From Camelus ferus (Eukaryota), in the NCBI RefSeq assembly GCF_009834535.1, contig NC_045696.1:27096001-27160000 (forward strand): a DNA stretch of 64,000 nucleotides, given 5' to 3'. Positions 63,580 to 64,000 of this stretch are shown here, piece by piece. The notes under the pieces were generated by a model. It was not told where the DNA came from and searched no databases. It saw nothing but the letters and a program-made list of their open reading frames with translations. Positions within the stretch are counted from its first letter, which is position 1. Each line of letters starts with the position of its first letter. A program made the position numbers and the translations under genes.

Positions 63580-64000
63580 TAATAAATTCAGCAAAATAAA
63601 TGTAAGATCTGTACACTGAAAATTACAAAACATTGCTGAGAGAAATTAAAGAAAATCTGGATAAATGCAGACTTTCTACATTCATGGATTTGAATACTAA
63701 GTTAGAAATTCACATCAAATTAATATATTCAATCAAACCTTTATCAAAATCTCAACAAGTATCTTTAATAAAGTTGATAAGCTGATTCTAAAATTTATAT
63801 GGAAATGCATATATTAGAAGAAATAATTTTGAAAAACCAAATCTGAAGGTTATGCACTACCCACTTTCAAAACTTACTATAAAGCTAACAAATCAATACT
63901 GTGTGATATTTGCATAATGATAGACATATAAACTATAAACCTATAAAACAGAATTGTGACTAGGAATAAACACGTTTATGGTAAACTGATTTCAACAAAG
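63580..64000 (+). mobile_element. Old L1 ORF2 fragment (runs off the window end)
   Basis: 'aaaacattgctgagagaaattaaagaa', 'aagctgattctaaaatttatatggaaatgc', 'ttcaaaacttactataaagcta'. Confidence 0.85.

Overview
AT-rich, CpG-poor, gene-poor mammalian genomic DNA, very likely from a camelid. The evidence is a vic-1-type tRNA-derived SINE plus cetartiodactyl-type L1 3' UTRs; I saw no Alu, B1, Bov-tA or PRE-1. I find no intact protein-coding gene: the ORF track is explained by L1 ORF2 and ERV-L pol relics or by chance. A large part of the window is recognisable interspersed repeat (L1, L2, MIR, MaLR/ERV-L LTRs, a decayed ERV-L provirus with a YIDD RT motif, hAT-Charlie MERs), often nested and with visible target-site duplications. 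The most notable other signals are: (i) a ~200-bp palindrome built from smaller palindromes at 16005-16202; (ii) a minus-strand 3'UTR/terminal-exon-like segment with AATAAA and an A-run at 42350-43237; (iii) a compound fold-back duplication at 4984-5090; (iv) several repeat-poor islands with clustered developmental TF motifs. I see no sequence evidence for a novel multi-gene system. Repeat family names come from my recollection of consensus sequences, not from a database search, and most repeat boundaries are approximate.
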